NCBI GenBank assembly: GCA_001509095.1
Contig: LGGV01000001.1
Span: 3,800 to 67,799 of the forward strand
Direction of reading: 5' to 3'
Origin: Synergistales bacterium 58_81
Lineage (GTDB): Bacteria; Synergistota; Synergistia; Synergistales; Thermovirgaceae
Length of the DNA: 64,000 bases
Shown: in pieces, positions 62,848-64,000 of the stretch
Numbering within the stretch: position 1 is the stretch's first letter
Layout: each line of letters begins with the position of its first letter
The notes under the pieces: model-generated
What the model was told of the DNA's origin: nothing
The model's input: the letters and a program-made list of their open reading frames with translations, nothing else
Databases searched by the model: none
Program-made: the position numbers and the translations under genes

Positions 62848-64000
62848 AGGGGCTCCACCCCGCTCCCGGACTTCGGGCATGCAAGAAGAGGCGTGATGCC
62901 CGGAAGCTCCTTTCCTTCAAAGAACTCAAGGGTGGCTCCCCCACCTGTGGAGATGTGATAGATCCCTTTGGAAAAACCAAGAAGATTCGCAGCTGCGGCC
63001 GTGTCACCGCCACCAAGTACCGAGACGGCACCTGCCGATGTCCTTTCGACAACGGAGAGGCCGACCCTTTTGGTCCCTTCCCCAAAGGGGTCCCTTTCAA
63101 AGAGCCCCAAAGGACCATTCCACAGGATCGTTTCGGCTTTAAGGACCTCGGTGGAAAACAGCTCGGCCGTCTCCGGTCCGATATCAAGCCCCATCATATC
63201 TTCAGGGATGGCGTCAGATCTCACCACAATCTGTTTTGGATTATTCTCGAGGGAGGTCGAGCCCACAAGGTCCAGAGGGAGCAGGATCCTTACTCCTGTC
63301 ATTCTGGCTGTTTCCATGATCTCAGATGCAACGGTCTCCGTCCCCTCTTCGCAGAAGGACTTTCCAACGTCCATCCCCGAGGCCTTCAGAAAAGGAAAAG
63401 CCATGGCTCCGCCGATGAGCATTACGTTCGCCTTCTCTAGCATGTTCCGGATAAACCCGATCTTGTCGGAGACCTTGGCACCTCCCAGGATCAGGACCAT
63501 CGGCCGTTTCGGGTTCTCCATGACAGCCGATAGAACCTTAACCTCCTTTTCCATGAGTTTTCCGGCAAGGGATGGCAGGAACCTGGTAACTCCCTCGGTG
63601 GAGGCGTGGCTCCTGTGGGCGGCGCTAAATGCGTCCATTACAAAGACATCAAAGGGTTCTCCCAGCTTTCTGGCAAAAACCGGATCGTTGGCCTCCTCCT
63701 CCGGATGGAACCTGACATTCTCCAGAAGACAGATCTGACCCTCCCCCATCGATCCTATAGTGGCGGAGACCTTGTCACCAACGCACTCTTCACAGAAGCC
63801 GATCCTCCAGCCTGTCAGTTCTTCAAGGGACCGGGCAACGGGAAGGAGGGAGAGACCGGCGGAAACCTTTCCCCTAGGCCTGCCAAGGTGGGAAACCAGG
63901 GCGATCCTCGCGCCGCTTCTCCTGAGCAGTTCCAGCGTCTCCATGTGGGCCCTTAAACGCGTGTCATCGGCTACCCTGCCTTCGTCCATGGGAACGTTGA
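62844..64000 (-). CDS. pgk: Phosphoglycerate kinase (5' end outside window)
   Basis: Reading into the window edge gives (F)NVPMDEG..., then VSHLGRP, AFSAAHRSHAST, GGAKVSDK and TGGGATLEF. The ORF is open at position 64000. Confidence 0.95.
   Translation of the reverse strand, partial: NVPMDEGRVADDTRLRAHMETLELLRRSGARIALVSHLGRPRGKVSAGLSLLPVARSLEELTGWRIGFCEECVGDKVSATIGSMGEGQICLLENVRFHPEEEANDPVFARKLGEPFDVFVMDAFSAAHRSHASTEGVTRFLPSLAGKLMEKEVKVLSAVMENPKRPMVLILGGAKVSDKIGFIRNMLEKANVMLIGGAMAFPFLKASGMDVGKSFCEEGTETVASEIMETARMTGVRILLPLDLVGSTSLENNPKQIVVRSDAIPEDMMGLDIGPETAELFSTEVLKAETILWNGPLGLFERDPFGEGTKRVGLSVVERTSAGAVSVLGGGDTAAAANLLGFSKGIYHISTGGGATLEFFEGKELPGITPLLACPKSGSGVEPL

Noticed and set aside
62844-62880. 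A possible pgk-tpiA fusion or programmed frameshift, as known from Thermotoga. The two ORFs overlap by up to 37 nt.
   Set aside because: pgk has a clean TGA stop, and tpiA has a GTG start overlapping it (GTGA). That start gives a normal-length TPI beginning (M)RRERFIAGNWKMN. Ordinary translational coupling explains the overlap, and I saw no slippery sequence.

Overview
This 64 kb window is a very gene-dense, almost fully co-directional stretch of bacterial core chromosome. About 60 genes lie on the + strand and only 5 on the - strand (nikR, a wHTH gene, rpmB, tpiA, pgk). By eye it is moderately GC-rich with heavy AGG/AGA arginine codon use. All calls come from motif recognition in the supplied translations and from reading start and stop contexts; no searches were run.

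Content in order:
- clpX (3' part), lon, engB, valS, folC, pgeF, a Gfo/Idh/MocA oxidoreductase
- a small 2-TM ORF and meaB
- a fused rpiB-upp ORF
- a GT4 polyprenyl-phosphate HexNAc-1-P transferase, wecB, murA
- hisC, a P-loop/Asp23-like ORF, udg
- uppS-cdsA-dxr-rseP-ispG
- polyamine operon pdaD-speE-speB-speH
- arcA and an ornithine carbamoyltransferase, a 53-aa zinc-ribbon ORF not in the ORF track, nikR (-)
- a CN-hydrolase and nadE
- yebC-ruvCAB, a SpoIID-like gene, queA
- a wHTH gene (-) and an AmmeMemoRadiSam-type cassette
- hutH-hutU-ftcD(N)-hutI-cyclodeaminase
- mltG, tldD, ftsK, thiN, rpmB (-)
- xseB-ispA-dxs-tlyA-nadK-recN
- rplU-prp-rpmA-obg-nadD, an LCP gene, rsfS
- tpiA and pgk (-, pgk runs out of the window)

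The operon architecture is Firmicutes/Synergistota-like, suggesting an amino-acid-fermenting anaerobe, but that is a low-confidence inference.

I saw no rRNA, tRNA, CRISPR array, transposase, integrase or recognisable defence or toxin-antitoxin module, and I cannot point to a clearly new multi-gene system. The most enigmatic unit is the functionally uncharacterised AmmeMemoRadiSam-type cassette with its divergent HTH gene.

Other points worth a second look are structural oddities:
- rpiB-upp stop-codon loss with a retained internal SD-ATG
- a GT4/wecB junction where both genes look clipped
- a dxs 3' extension overlapping tlyA by 176 nt
- an unannotated Rpb12/RpoP-like zinc-ribbon ORF
- a P-loop/Asp23 fusion
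- a structured rplU leader
- an AT-rich repeat patch downstream of tpiA
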